Of a stretch of 64,000 nucleotides of DNA, positions 43,592 to 53,020 are shown piece by piece. How positions within the stretch are numbered: position 1 is the stretch's first letter; each line of letters starts with the position of its first letter. Made by a program: the position numbers and the translations under genes. The stretch spans positions 25,899 to 89,898 of the forward strand of contig CAVUGX010000043.1 in assembly GCA_963741035.1 (NCBI GenBank), read 5' to 3'. The stretch is from an uncultured delta proteobacterium. Its GTDB lineage: Bacteria > Desulfobacterota > Syntrophobacteria > Syntrophobacterales > Syntrophobacteraceae. A model generated the notes under the pieces. That model was not told the DNA's origin. It saw nothing but the letters and a program-made list of their open reading frames with translations, and searched no databases.

Positions 43592-44833
43592 TCAGAACAA
43601 AACCTGCAGCACAGAGTCTGTCCTAAGGAGCTGGTTGCCGATTGCCAGCGTTTGCTCCCTGCCTATTCTGCCGGTCTTTTGGAGCGAATGGAGACGCTGA
43701 ACTGCCCCGAACACTCCGTTGACAGCAGACGGCGTATCGAGATCGTTGTTCATCGCCGTTTCGAATGAAACTTTCATCTCCACGGTCAGCTCGCTTACAG
43801 CCTTGTCATTTATGGTCTTTTCAACACCGGCTCCCCGCAGCAGGTCCGCGGCCATTTCTCTCAGGGCCTCCAGCTTCGAACGTGCTTTGTGGGCTTGATC
43901 CATGTTCAAGTCGATCCTTTTACGGTAATGCCTCGACATCAGATAAAAGCGGATTTGCTCCCAGGAAAAACCCTTATCGACGAGATCTTCCGGGTAAACT
44001 ATATTGTGGAGGCTCTTCGACATTTTCTTCCCGCCGACCAGGACATGCTGGCCGTGCAGCCAGTAGCGCGACAACTCTTTACCTGAGACCGATTCCATGA
44101 CGGCAATATTGTAATCGTGATGCCTGTACAGGTTGTCTATGCCTCCGCAGAATATGTCCAGGGAATAGCCCATGGTTTCGGATATCATAGCCGGGTCCTG
44201 AATGTTCCATGAAGGCCTACCCTTGCCTATCTCCGTGTCCCAGCAAACCTTATCCCTGTTCTTGCACCCATGCCATAGGATGAAATCGCCAAGGTTCCAT
44301 CTGCGTCCGGGGTAGGTGTCCTGTTTGAACCGTTTTCTGGTTTTTGGCCATTTGCTCATGTCCAGCCGAAACAGTTTGCCGAAGCCCTCAAACTTGAGAG
44401 GATCGAAGAAAATATCGGCTTTGTACCGGTAGGCGCAACCGTTCTCGAGCAGCTCGCGGATCAGGTGGGCAGCCTGCTCCACGCTTGTGGACGACCGCGG
44501 GATCTTCGCGGGCAATTCGATCCTGAGCCTCCGCGCTTCGTCGATAAATCGCGTGGCTATTTCCCCGGTAAGTTCGCCGACTGTCACGCCGCGCTCCTGA
44601 GCTTCCTCGATGGCCTTGTCTTCTACATCCGTTAAATTTATGCCGCGTTTGACCTCATATCCCAGGTAATTCAGGTATCTCTGAAGAAGATCCTGCCAGA
44701 TAAAAGTGCGGTAATTTCCGATATGAGGCGGGGCGTATATGGATGGACCGCAACTAAACATCTTGACCACACGGCCGTCTCTTGGTTGAAAAGGTTCTTT
44801 TTGACGACTCATCGTATTGTAGAGCTGGAGCAT
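43592..44833 (-). CDS. Cysteine--tRNA ligase-like class I aminoacyl-tRNA synthetase (divergent)
   Basis: The protein begins MLQLYNTMSRQKEPF. HIGN replaces HIGH. KMSKS is intact. The DDLDTPSA anticodon-domain motif is present. The start could instead be 44920, which overlaps the upstream gene by 8 nt. Confidence 0.7.
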   Translation of the reverse strand: MLQLYNTMSRQKEPFQPRDGRVVKMFSCGPSIYAPPHIGNYRTFIWQDLLQRYLNYLGYEVKRGINLTDVEDKAIEEAQERGVTVGELTGEIATRFIDEARRLRIELPAKIPRSSTSVEQAAHLIRELLENGCAYRYKADIFFDPLKFEGFGKLFRLDMSKWPKTRKRFKQDTYPGRRWNLGDFILWHGCKNRDKVCWDTEIGKGRPSWNIQDPAMISETMGYSLDIFCGGIDNLYRHHDYNIAVMESVSGKELSRYWLHGQHVLVGGKKMSKSLHNIVYPEDLVDKGFSWEQIRFYLMSRHYRKRIDLNMDQAHKARSKLEALREMAADLLRGAGVEKTINDKAVSELTVEMKVSFETAMNNDLDTPSAVNGVFGAVQRLHSLQKTGRIGREQTLAIGNQLLRTDSVLQVLF

Positions 44834-44912
44834 CGATCCTGGTCCCCTTCCAATTGAGAATTTAGAGCGATTCTGCATTTTTTTAATCCGTGGTTCTCGG
44901 TCCATCACCGGT

Positions 44913-46277
44913 TCACTCATTTACCTGCTCTTTTTCCAACTCAGCCTCGCTTCTCTCCAGTTTTGTCACCAGGACCTTTCGGACCCTGCGCCCCTCCATG
45001 TCAACAACTTCGAAACTGTAGCCGCAGCACTCGAAGCGGTCGGATACAGCCGGGACGCGTTTAAGTTGAGCCATGGTAAAGCCGCCCAGGGTCTGAAAGC
45101 GCCCGGCCCGCTCACCGGGCAGTTTGCGGATGTGCAAAAAGTACTTCAGCTCGTCAACAGGCAGCGTGCCTTCCACCAGCCACTCGCCTTCCGCCTGCTG
45201 GATTATCGGCGCCTCCTCGGGTTCCTCTGCCGAGGGAATGTCACCGACTATGGCCTCCAGAATATCCGTCAGGGTTATAATTCCTTCTATCGTCCCGTAT
45301 TCATCGACAACAAGGGCCAATTGCTGGCCCGATTCCCTGAAGCGTTCCAGGACTTTGAGCGCGTGGGCGCCCTCGTGGACGTAGAGCGGTTTGTGCATCA
45401 ATGCCTTGAGGTCAAGAGCCCTTCCGCTCAAGCAACTGGTGGCGATGTCACGAACATGGATGACCCCCTTGATGTTTCCCGGCTTCTGGCCGACGGGAAA
45501 CCTTGAGTAAGGTCTTTGGGTGATTTTTCGCCTCGTCTTCTCCGGCGGGTCGTTTACGTCGAGCCACACGACTTTGTTGCGCGGAGTCATCATGACCCCC
45601 ACGCGGCGGTCTCCCAGCCGGAAGATTCGCTCGACCATATCCTGCTCGGCTTCTTCAAATATACCGGCAACCGTAGCCTGCCCGATCAGCATGCGGATTT
45701 CCTCTTCGGTTACCGGCGCCTCCTTGGAAGGCCCGAACCTGAACAGGCGCAGCACGGAATCCGTCGAAATGCTCAGGACTTGGATGACGGGTGAAGTCAT
45801 TCTCAAAAGTCTTGCCATCGGCTTTGCAATAGCCGCCGCTATAGCCTCGGGGGCGAATACAGCGATCCTTTTCGGAACGAGTTCGGCCAGGAGCGACAAG
45901 TAGGTGATTACTCCGACAACGAGCACCATGGCAATAGATCCGCTATAGCGCCCGATGTATGGGAGCGAGGAAAGCGTTTGAGCCAGACGGCCGGCAAGGC
46001 TCGCACCGCCGAAAGCCCCGCTTAGAACGCCTATAAGCGTGATCCCGATCTGCACGGTTGCCAGGAAGCGATGCGGGTTGCGGGCCAGCTCAAGGGCCAC
46101 GCGGGCATTTGAATTCCCCTCCTCGGCCCGCCTCTCCAGCCGTGTTTTATTCGACGAGACTACGGCAAGCTCCGACATGGCCAAAAGGCCGTTTGTCACA
46201 ATGAGGAGTAGAACTATGATTATGTAGACAATGCCCAGAAACATTTTTTCTCCGATTGGCTCAGTATTCCTGAACAC
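44913..46277 (-). CDS. CNNM/HlyC family protein (DUF21-CBS pair-CorC_HlyC)
   Basis: It has an N-terminal 4-TM DUF21 region, a CBS pair, and a C-terminal CorC/HlyC transporter-associated domain. Confidence 0.8.
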   Translation of the reverse strand: MFRNTEPIGEKMFLGIVYIIIVLLLIVTNGLLAMSELAVVSSNKTRLERRAEEGNSNARVALELARNPHRFLATVQIGITLIGVLSGAFGGASLAGRLAQTLSSLPYIGRYSGSIAMVLVVGVITYLSLLAELVPKRIAVFAPEAIAAAIAKPMARLLRMTSPVIQVLSISTDSVLRLFRFGPSKEAPVTEEEIRMLIGQATVAGIFEEAEQDMVERIFRLGDRRVGVMMTPRNKVVWLDVNDPPEKTRRKITQRPYSRFPVGQKPGNIKGVIHVRDIATSCLSGRALDLKALMHKPLYVHEGAHALKVLERFRESGQQLALVVDEYGTIEGIITLTDILEAIVGDIPSAEEPEEAPIIQQAEGEWLVEGTLPVDELKYFLHIRKLPGERAGRFQTLGGFTMAQLKRVPAVSDRFECCGYSFEVVDMEGRRVRKVLVTKLERSEAELEKEQVNE

Positions 46278-46517
46278 CTCAACCTACATACTCAAATTCA
46301 GTTGTTGAGGAATTCAGAAATTGAGGGTGTCATTAAAATCCTCGCTTTCCGCCCTTTATGTAAAGAGCATCGTTAAAAGCAGACCTTCAGGGAGAGGATT
46401 ATCAGTTTCCGGCGGCCCCAACGAGTGGATTACCCAACCGCGGAACCAAAGAGGCGGGTCGATCCCCGCCTCCAGCAGACATAATCCGACGCAATCCGGA
46501 TCAGACCCGGCGGCACG

Positions 46518-47048
46518 TCAAGCCATGGATACAGAGCTTGCCTGTGCTCCCTTGTCTCCGGTTTTTTCAATAAATGTTACCTCCACGCCTACCGTCAGAA
46601 CCGCAAATTTCCCATCCAGCACCGCGTTTTCATGAAAGTAGACCTCCCGGCCTTCATGCGTTACCAGGAACCCATAGCCTTCTTCCGGGAATATCCTCGC
46701 CACCCTTGCCATCGGCTTCTCAAAGTGGGTTTTCACCTCGCCCCTTTGCTTTTCCGCGTATTCTTTAACGCGCCGTTGGGCGGCTTCGAAGGAATTTATT
46801 ATTGCAGCATGAAGGTCTTCGTCCGGTTCACGTTTGACGATCAACTCACCGCCCGGTACGGTTATATCGATCCTGACGTTATAAGTCATTCCGCTGCGCT
46901 GACTGCGGTGAGGCATGTCCACTTTCACCCGGCACCCGATGATCCGGTCATAGAACTTATCGAGTTTTGAGGCTTTGTCACGGATGAGATCTTCGGTTTC
47001 ATCATTGATGCGCACGTCACGAGCGCTGATTTCAAGCGGTAATTTCAT
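46518..47048 (-). CDS. HPF/RaiA (S30EA) ribosome-associated domain fused to a cold-shock-like domain
   Basis: The N-terminal ~100 aa is S30EA-like. The C-terminal EEGYGFLVTHEGREVYFHENAV...VEVTFIEKTGDKGAQA has the CSD pattern. Confidence 0.7.
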   Translation of the reverse strand: MKLPLEISARDVRINDETEDLIRDKASKLDKFYDRIIGCRVKVDMPHRSQRSGMTYNVRIDITVPGGELIVKREPDEDLHAAIINSFEAAQRRVKEYAEKQRGEVKTHFEKPMARVARIFPEEGYGFLVTHEGREVYFHENAVLDGKFAVLTVGVEVTFIEKTGDKGAQASSVSMA

Positions 47049-47183
47049 AAGTTTTATCCCCCTTACAATCTTTATAAATTCGTCCGGGTCATCAGGAAAG
47101 GTCCATTTACCAGTCTAAGTGGCCCCGACGCAACGATTTTTTAATTTATTTCAGTTTCGGCCGGTCCGCTACGGGTGATCGTC

Positions 47184-48407
47184 CTATTGTTTGAGTTTCG
47201 AGGTGATCCGGCTCCCTGATTCCAGTGTCCTGTGAACCGGACACCGGTCGGCGATTTCGAGCATTTTCTGCGCAGCCGCCTGGTCAAGATCCCCCTGCAA
47301 TTCGATTTCTCTTTCTATGAAATCTATTTTGCTCTTGGGATCTTCGCAATCCTGACAGTCTTCTGCATGGATCTTCTGATGCCTAAGTCTCACGATAACG
47401 GCTTCCAGTGGCAGTTTCTTATGGTCCGCATACATCCTGAGGGTCATCCCCGTGCAGGCGCCGAGGGCCGATACCAGCAGGTCGTAGGGCGTTGGCCCCG
47501 AATTGGCCCCCCCCGCCGAGATGGGTTCGTCGGCTACCAAGTGGTGCCCGTTGGCTATGATTTCGGTCCGAAAGCCGGTCTTGCCCGTGCGGGCTACTAT
47601 CCGGTTATCTGACAATTCGAGCTGGGGATATTCTTTCTCAGAAATCTTGAGATATTTCGAGACCCAGGCCCCGAGCACGGAACCCACGTATAGGCTGTCT
47701 TCCCGGTTGGAGAGTAGATGGTCGGCTTTGTCCAGTGAAATAAAGCTCTTCGGGTGCCTGGCCGCCGTAAAAATCTTTGCGGCGTTATCGATTGATACGA
47801 TCCGGTCCAGCGGAGAATGGAAGATCAGAAGAGGTCTTCTTAGATTGCGTATGGCCTCATCCATGCAATTTTGCTTCAAATCTTCGATAAACTGCTTCCT
47901 GATTTTGAAATCTCTGCCGGAAATATTGATTGCAGTCTCGCCGTCTTTTTCGAGCTTCTCTAGCCATGGGCCATCAATGAAGGGGAATAATCCATCGAGT
48001 TGGGCAGGTGCGGCAATGGTCGAAACCGCTTCGGCCGAAGGGATTTTTTCAGCCGCCTGAATAACCGCCGCCCCGCCAAGCGAATGACCTATGAGAAGCC
48101 TGGGCGCCTCGTAGGCTTCTTTTAAAAAGTCGGCCGCTGAGATGAGGTCCGCCACGTTGGTAGAGAAATTCGTTTCGGAAAAATCCCCCTCACTTTCACC
48201 AATGCCGGTAAAATCGAACCTCAGGACAGCTATCCCATTCATGGACAGCGCCCGGTCGATATTTACGACCGCGTTGAGGTTCTTGGTGCAGGTGAAGCAA
48301 TGGGCAAAGATGGCAAAAGCTGTTGGTTTCTCATCGAGCGGCAGGTCCAGACGCGCGGCGAGCCGTTTCCCATCGGGGTTCTTAAAGTAGAGCTTCTGAA
48401 ATTGCAT
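47184..48407 (-). CDS. Bifunctional alpha/beta hydrolase / OsmC family protein
   Basis: The start was moved to MQFQKLYF, after AGGAGA. The nucleophile elbow is GHSLGG. The C-terminal OsmC signature is GGANSGPTPYDLLVSALGACTGMTL. Confidence 0.8.
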   Translation of the reverse strand: MQFQKLYFKNPDGKRLAARLDLPLDEKPTAFAIFAHCFTCTKNLNAVVNIDRALSMNGIAVLRFDFTGIGESEGDFSETNFSTNVADLISAADFLKEAYEAPRLLIGHSLGGAAVIQAAEKIPSAEAVSTIAAPAQLDGLFPFIDGPWLEKLEKDGETAINISGRDFKIRKQFIEDLKQNCMDEAIRNLRRPLLIFHSPLDRIVSIDNAAKIFTAARHPKSFISLDKADHLLSNREDSLYVGSVLGAWVSKYLKISEKEYPQLELSDNRIVARTGKTGFRTEIIANGHHLVADEPISAGGANSGPTPYDLLVSALGACTGMTLRMYADHKKLPLEAVIVRLRHQKIHAEDCQDCEDPKSKIDFIEREIELQGDLDQAAAQKMLEIADRCPVHRTLESGSRITSKLKQ

Positions 48408-48741
48408 GACTCTCCTTCGTTCTGGCCGGGCGATGAGATCGCCCCGGATATTGACTTTAATCATTCTGCCATGTTCCGCAATCGGAAGAAGATGGAAGTG
48501 GGCACCTGAACATTATGGATTTTAAGACAAATTTCCTTGCGGAAAGGGAAAAAATTCACTAGAATGCCGCTGGCTTGATAGTTCGTTTTTCTTTCAGTAC
48601 ATTGACAGGCTGTTTTCGTGGGTTTAGCTGGCGTTCATCCGGAAAGGGCACAGGCAGTTTCCGCCAAGGTGTAAATCCTGAAAAATCTTCTCCGGCCGGA
48701 AACTGGTTGGCGAGGCAAAAACAAAAGGAGGATAGCCCGGA

Positions 48742-49191
48742 ATGAAAAAAGGAAAGTTAGTCTCGTGTTTGGTCATCGCGGCTGTATTCATGTTTTCGGC
48801 TGCGCTGCTGGCATTGGCACAGCAGAAGGCGCCTGATGAGATAACCATTAAATCTCCGCTTTGGCCCACTCCGACCAAGGCGCCCGTGAAGTTCGACCAC
48901 AAGAAGCATGCGCAGGACTACAAGGTTGCCTGCAATCAGTGCCATCATGTCTATAAAGACGGCCAGAATACATGGAAAGAAGGCGACCCGGTTCAAACAT
49001 GCGAAAAATGCCACACTGAAGCCACTATCCAGGGCGAGGGGAAACTTCCCCCGGATCAAAAGAAACTCAACCTCAAACTCGCATTTCACACTAATTGTAT
49101 ACCTTGCCACAAGAAGGCAAAGACTGAAAAGCCGGATTCTAAGGCCCCGATTACCTGCGCCGGGTGCCATCCGAGCGAGAAGGGCCAGTAG
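48742..49191 (+). CDS. Periplasmic tetraheme cytochrome c3 family protein
   Basis: A signal peptide is present. The four heme motifs are CNQCH, CEKCH, CIPCH and CAGCH. The mature protein is about 120 aa. Confidence 0.85.
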   Translation: MKKGKLVSCLVIAAVFMFSAALLALAQQKAPDEITIKSPLWPTPTKAPVKFDHKKHAQDYKVACNQCHHVYKDGQNTWKEGDPVQTCEKCHTEATIQGEGKLPPDQKKLNLKLAFHTNCIPCHKKAKTEKPDSKAPITCAGCHPSEKGQ

Positions 49192-49228
49192 GAATAAAAA
49201 TAGTCCTTTGCCGGTTACCGACATGAGA

Positions 49229-49257
49229 AAGGCCTGCGCTGCGCGGGCCTTTTTTTT
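49229..49257 (+). terminator. Rho-independent terminator after the cytochrome c3 gene
   Basis: The GC stem aaggcctgcgc/gcgcgggcctt is followed by T8. Confidence 0.7.
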
Positions 49258-49418
49258 AGTACTTTAGCACCAGCAGCAATGATACCGCCGGATATGAGTT
49301 GGGCGGCAGGGGGGCAATTTAACGGAGCGGCTAACGACAAAGCCGCTTGCTCTAGAAGAGTCAAGCGGCTTGCTTTCAGGATGGGACCAAATTCTTTGTC
49401 AGGTTCAGACCAGCCTGG

Positions 49419-49607
49419 CTATACTTCCTCGACGGTGATCGCGCTCTGTTCGCACACTTCCACACAGCTTTCGCAACCCAGGCACTCATCCTCGTTTACA
49501 GGTTCGGCCTTGCCATCGACCAGTTCGTATACATCGACGGGGCAAACATCTACGCATTCAGCGTCGCCGGTGCACTTGTCCTTGTCAACTGTTACTTTAA
49601 AGCCCAT
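49419..49607 (-). CDS. Small ferredoxin (two Fe-S cluster motifs, the first with Asp in place of the second Cys)
   Basis: The motifs are CTGDAECVDVCP and CLGCESCVEVCE, in a 62 aa protein. Confidence 0.85.
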   Translation of the reverse strand: MGFKVTVDKDKCTGDAECVDVCPVDVYELVDGKAEPVNEDECLGCESCVEVCEQSAITVEEV

Positions 49608-49879
49608 TTTTACCTCCAGTTGAGTTTTGAGAAGTAGAGCACAATTGCATCAGGAATTATTCTTAACTCCATTGCTTCCAGTGCGTGCAGCACTGTTTCG
49701 TACCCTCATACAAAGTTAAAGTCAAGACGGAAATCGAAAATAAATCCCGGCTAGTTCGAGCAAAAAACACGCCTCATCAGGGCAGGCGCCAAGAGCTGAT
49801 GTCCAGCAACGAGCGGCCATGCGTGAAATAAAACACAAAACGCGTCCGCAATCCTTTTACAACGCTTTTGTGAGTGTGC

Positions 49880-50021
49880 AAAGAAAAAAGAACGAGCCCG
49901 AGCAGGTGAGTGGGTAAAAGCGCAGAGGTGTTGGTTGGCGGGGCAGGAGCGAGGCTGAGCCCCGCCCCTGCGAACAGGCGAATGGGTAGAATCGGTTGAC
50001 CGATTTTACCCATTCACCTGC
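49880..50021 (-). terminator. Large nested stem-loop structure followed by a U-run, downstream of dsrC
   Basis: The 18-nt arms at 49902-49919 and 50004-50021 are complementary with one mismatch and enclose two inner hairpins. The A-run at 49883-49889 becomes a U-run on the minus-strand transcript. Confidence 0.5.
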
Positions 50022-50051
50022 TTAGATCGATTTAGCGTATTGATTTCCGGT

Positions 50052-50369
50052 CTAAACGCAGCCGGTCGGTTTGGGCAACCCGGCCATCTTGCATGCGCCC
50101 TTACCCGGTCCCGAGGGAAAAAGCTCATAGATGTACTTGAGCTTGTATCCGGTAACCTTGGTGAGGATGCGGACCATCGGAGCTATCCCGTGCTTTCTGT
50201 AGTAATCCTGGAGCACGTGAATAACCTGCCAGTGCTCATCGGTGAGTTCGGTGATGCCCTCGGAAGTCTTAACGTATTCAACCCACTCTGTGGTCCATGT
50301 GTCGAAGCTGGCAATGAAGCCATCCTCGTCTACCTCAAAAGTCTTTCCTTTGAATTCAATCTGGGACAT
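50052..50369 (-). CDS. dsrC: DsrC (TusE/DsrC/DsvC family)
   Basis: The C-terminal arm ...KGACKMAGLPKPTGCV carries the two conserved Cys. Confidence 0.92.
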   Translation of the reverse strand: MSQIEFKGKTFEVDEDGFIASFDTWTTEWVEYVKTSEGITELTDEHWQVIHVLQDYYRKHGIAPMVRILTKVTGYKLKYIYELFPSGPGKGACKMAGLPKPTGCV

Positions 50370-50381
50370 TAAATTTCTCCT

Positions 50382-51869
50382 TCAATAGAGCGTGGGAAAG
50401 CTCTGCGATTCCGGCCGAACCCGGTCCAATCCGGAATCTGCAGAAAATGATGTTTTAAGCCTCTTATATGATCCCGCGGCGGTTATCATTGCATCAGCCC
50501 AATTGCCGTTTCCGGCCGCGTGCAGATGCGAATAGGCCGCAAGAACGTTCTTATAACATATGCCGTCCCAGCCTGACACGATTCCGTGCCCCTTCTTCAA
50601 CCTGAAGACGAAGGGGTAGGAGCCAGGGTCAAGCCGGTCGGCAATTCTCGAATAATGGAATTCATGTCCCCGAATAGTCGTTCCTTTTGGGAAAAAAGGA
50701 TTGGCGTTGACGCACTCCATAACCGTATAGCCGTGACCCTGCGGTTTTGTCCCAAGAATTACCTCGAAGGGAAATACACCCACCATCGGATGGAGTTTTT
50801 CCCCGTGACGAATTCCGCGGCACAGAAACATCAGGCCGCCGCATTCCGCATAGACAGGCAAGCCGGCCTCCACGGCGGATTTGACAGAGTCCCGGAACAC
50901 CTCGTTGGCGGCAAGCTTGTCCAGATGGGTTTCCGGAAATCCACCGCCAATATAGAGTGCATCGACTTCGGGCAAAGGCGCGTTCTCCAGGCTGGAAATC
51001 CAGACAACAGACGCACCTCTGTCTTCAAGAGCTTCAAAGTTCTCCGGGTAGTAAAACTGAAACGCGGAATCCCGGATTACACCGATCTTAACCGAACCAC
51101 TGCTCGTCTCGGGCGCCGCAGCCGGCATCGGGCCAGCCAGGGCAGGCGCGGAAGTCGCTAATTTCCAGAGCCCATCGAGATCGAGGTATTCACTCATTTT
51201 AGCTGCCGCAATCGAAAGGGAGCCCGAGATGTCCTCGGCTTCCTCGGGTGGAACCAGTCCGAGATGGCGCTCGGGGAAAAAGTCGCGGGCTTGCCGTGGG
51301 ACCACGCCCAGGACCGGAACCCCGCACCACTGCTCGATTGATTCCCTGAGTACCTTCTCATGGCGTTTTCCGGCCACCTGGTTCAAAATGACACCAGCGA
51401 TATTTACATCGGCATCGAGCTTCTGGCACCCCAGTACCATGGCGGCGGCCGTGCGCGTCACCTTTGTCGCGTCCAAAACGAGGACAATCGGGCAACTGAG
51501 AAGTTTGGCAAGCTCGGCGGTCGAATAACTGCCGTTTGCGTCGACCCCGTCATAGAGCCCCCGATTTCCCTCGATCAGGCTGCCGTCCCCCTTTGCCGAG
51601 CGCATCACAAACGACTGTACGATCTGCTCCGGGCTCATGAGAAACGGGTCCAGATTATAGCAGGGGCCGCCCGAAGCCGCGCTCAACCATCCCGCGTCAA
51701 TATAATCGGGTCCCTTCTTGAAGGTGACGATACGCAGCCCGAGGTGGCGTTTCCATGCAGCGCAGAGTCCCACTGAGACAACTGTCTTTCCTGCACCCCC
51801 GCGCATGGCCGCCACAATCAGCCGCGCTCTGTTAAATTCCATACCCCATCCAAAAAGGTCATAGGTCAT
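50382..51869 (-). CDS. dsrN: Cobyrinic acid a,c-diamide synthase homologue (DsrN, siroheme amidase candidate)
   Basis: It has the CbiA/CobB family architecture (an ATP-binding N-domain and a GATase C-domain with ECGG). It sits between dsrB and dsrC. Confidence 0.8.
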   Translation of the reverse strand: MTYDLFGWGMEFNRARLIVAAMRGGAGKTVVSVGLCAAWKRHLGLRIVTFKKGPDYIDAGWLSAASGGPCYNLDPFLMSPEQIVQSFVMRSAKGDGSLIEGNRGLYDGVDANGSYSTAELAKLLSCPIVLVLDATKVTRTAAAMVLGCQKLDADVNIAGVILNQVAGKRHEKVLRESIEQWCGVPVLGVVPRQARDFFPERHLGLVPPEEAEDISGSLSIAAAKMSEYLDLDGLWKLATSAPALAGPMPAAAPETSSGSVKIGVIRDSAFQFYYPENFEALEDRGASVVWISSLENAPLPEVDALYIGGGFPETHLDKLAANEVFRDSVKSAVEAGLPVYAECGGLMFLCRGIRHGEKLHPMVGVFPFEVILGTKPQGHGYTVMECVNANPFFPKGTTIRGHEFHYSRIADRLDPGSYPFVFRLKKGHGIVSGWDGICYKNVLAAYSHLHAAGNGNWADAMITAAGSYKRLKTSFSADSGLDRVRPESQSFPTLY

Positions 51870-51907
51870 ATAAATCCATTTGGACTTATATGACCTATTA
51901 TAGTGTT

Positions 51908-53008
51908 CTAAAACTTGAACTGAGTGGTCGTTCTCCAGGTCGTCATGGCAAGACGGTAATCGTCAATGTGCTCATGGCTGAACTCAAGACCTGTCCGTGC
52001 AAAGAAACGCTCCCAGCCGATCCGTTTGATCCATTCGCCAATCCGCTCGTAACGACGCCCGCCCGCGGCGTAAGCCTCGACGATCGTCTTGACCGTCTGA
52101 ACCGTGGTGGGCCATCTGGGCGGTTCGTTGGGAATGAAGGGCACAGCCAGCTTGGAGAACATCGGGGGCGATTTCACGTTGGAGACCTTGCCGCCCACCC
52201 AAATAGCGATCCCGTCGCCCTCGCCGTCTGCCAGGGGCAGAGCAGGACACATGGTGTAGCAGTTACCGCAGAACATGCACCGGTTGTTGTTGATTTCGAC
52301 GCTCTTCATTTCGCCGACCTTTTTAGGCTTGATTGCAGCCGTAGGGCATGCGGCAACTACCAGTGGAATTTCGCACACGTTCTGGACGCGTTCATTCTCG
52401 ACGAAGGGCGGCTTCCTGTGAACGCCCAGAATTGCGATATCCGAGCAGTGAACGGCGCCGCACATGTTGAGGCAGCACGCCAGGGCGATGCGAATCTGCG
52501 CGGGCAGCTTGTGGCTGCCGAAATACTCGAACAGCTCGTCCATAACGGCCTTAACGACACCGGAGGCATCGATGGCGGGGGTATGGCAGTGTGCCCAACC
52601 CTGTGTGTGGACGATATTGGTGATGCTGCTTCCGGTCCCGCCAACGGGGAACCAGTTGCCTCGGGCGCGCAGTGCGGCCAGGAGCGGCTGGAGCTTTGTT
52701 TTGTCGCTCACCAGGAACTCGACGTTGTTTCTGGTAGTCCAGCGCAGGTATCCGCCGCAGAACTTATCGGCCAGATCGCACAACTCAAGGATATATTCGG
52801 TGCTGACAAGACGCGCCGACCCAATGCGAACCGAGTAGACTTCGGCGCCGGATTCAGCCACGTGCACCAGGACGCCCGGCTCAAGAATTTCGTGGTATTT
52901 CCATTTACCGAAATTCTCTTTGATAACGGGCGGGAAGAACTTGTCATATCTTGGGGGACCAATGTCGGTAATACGGTCTTTCATGAGATTGTTCGGATCA
53001 AAAGCCAT
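51908..53008 (-). CDS. dsrB: Dissimilatory sulfite reductase beta subunit
   Basis: The protein begins [27 protein letters not shown]. The ATG follows AGGAGG, 12 nt after the dsrA stop. Siroheme/Fe-S Cys clusters and a ferredoxin insert are present. Confidence 0.92.
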   Translation of the reverse strand: MAFDPNNLMKDRITDIGPPRYDKFFPPVIKENFGKWKYHEILEPGVLVHVAESGAEVYSVRIGSARLVSTEYILELCDLADKFCGGYLRWTTRNNVEFLVSDKTKLQPLLAALRARGNWFPVGGTGSSITNIVHTQGWAHCHTPAIDASGVVKAVMDELFEYFGSHKLPAQIRIALACCLNMCGAVHCSDIAILGVHRKPPFVENERVQNVCEIPLVVAACPTAAIKPKKVGEMKSVEINNNRCMFCGNCYTMCPALPLADGEGDGIAIWVGGKVSNVKSPPMFSKLAVPFIPNEPPRWPTTVQTVKTIVEAYAAGGRRYERIGEWIKRIGWERFFARTGLEFSHEHIDDYRLAMTTWRTTTQFKF

Positions 53009-53020
53009 CTTTTGCACCTC

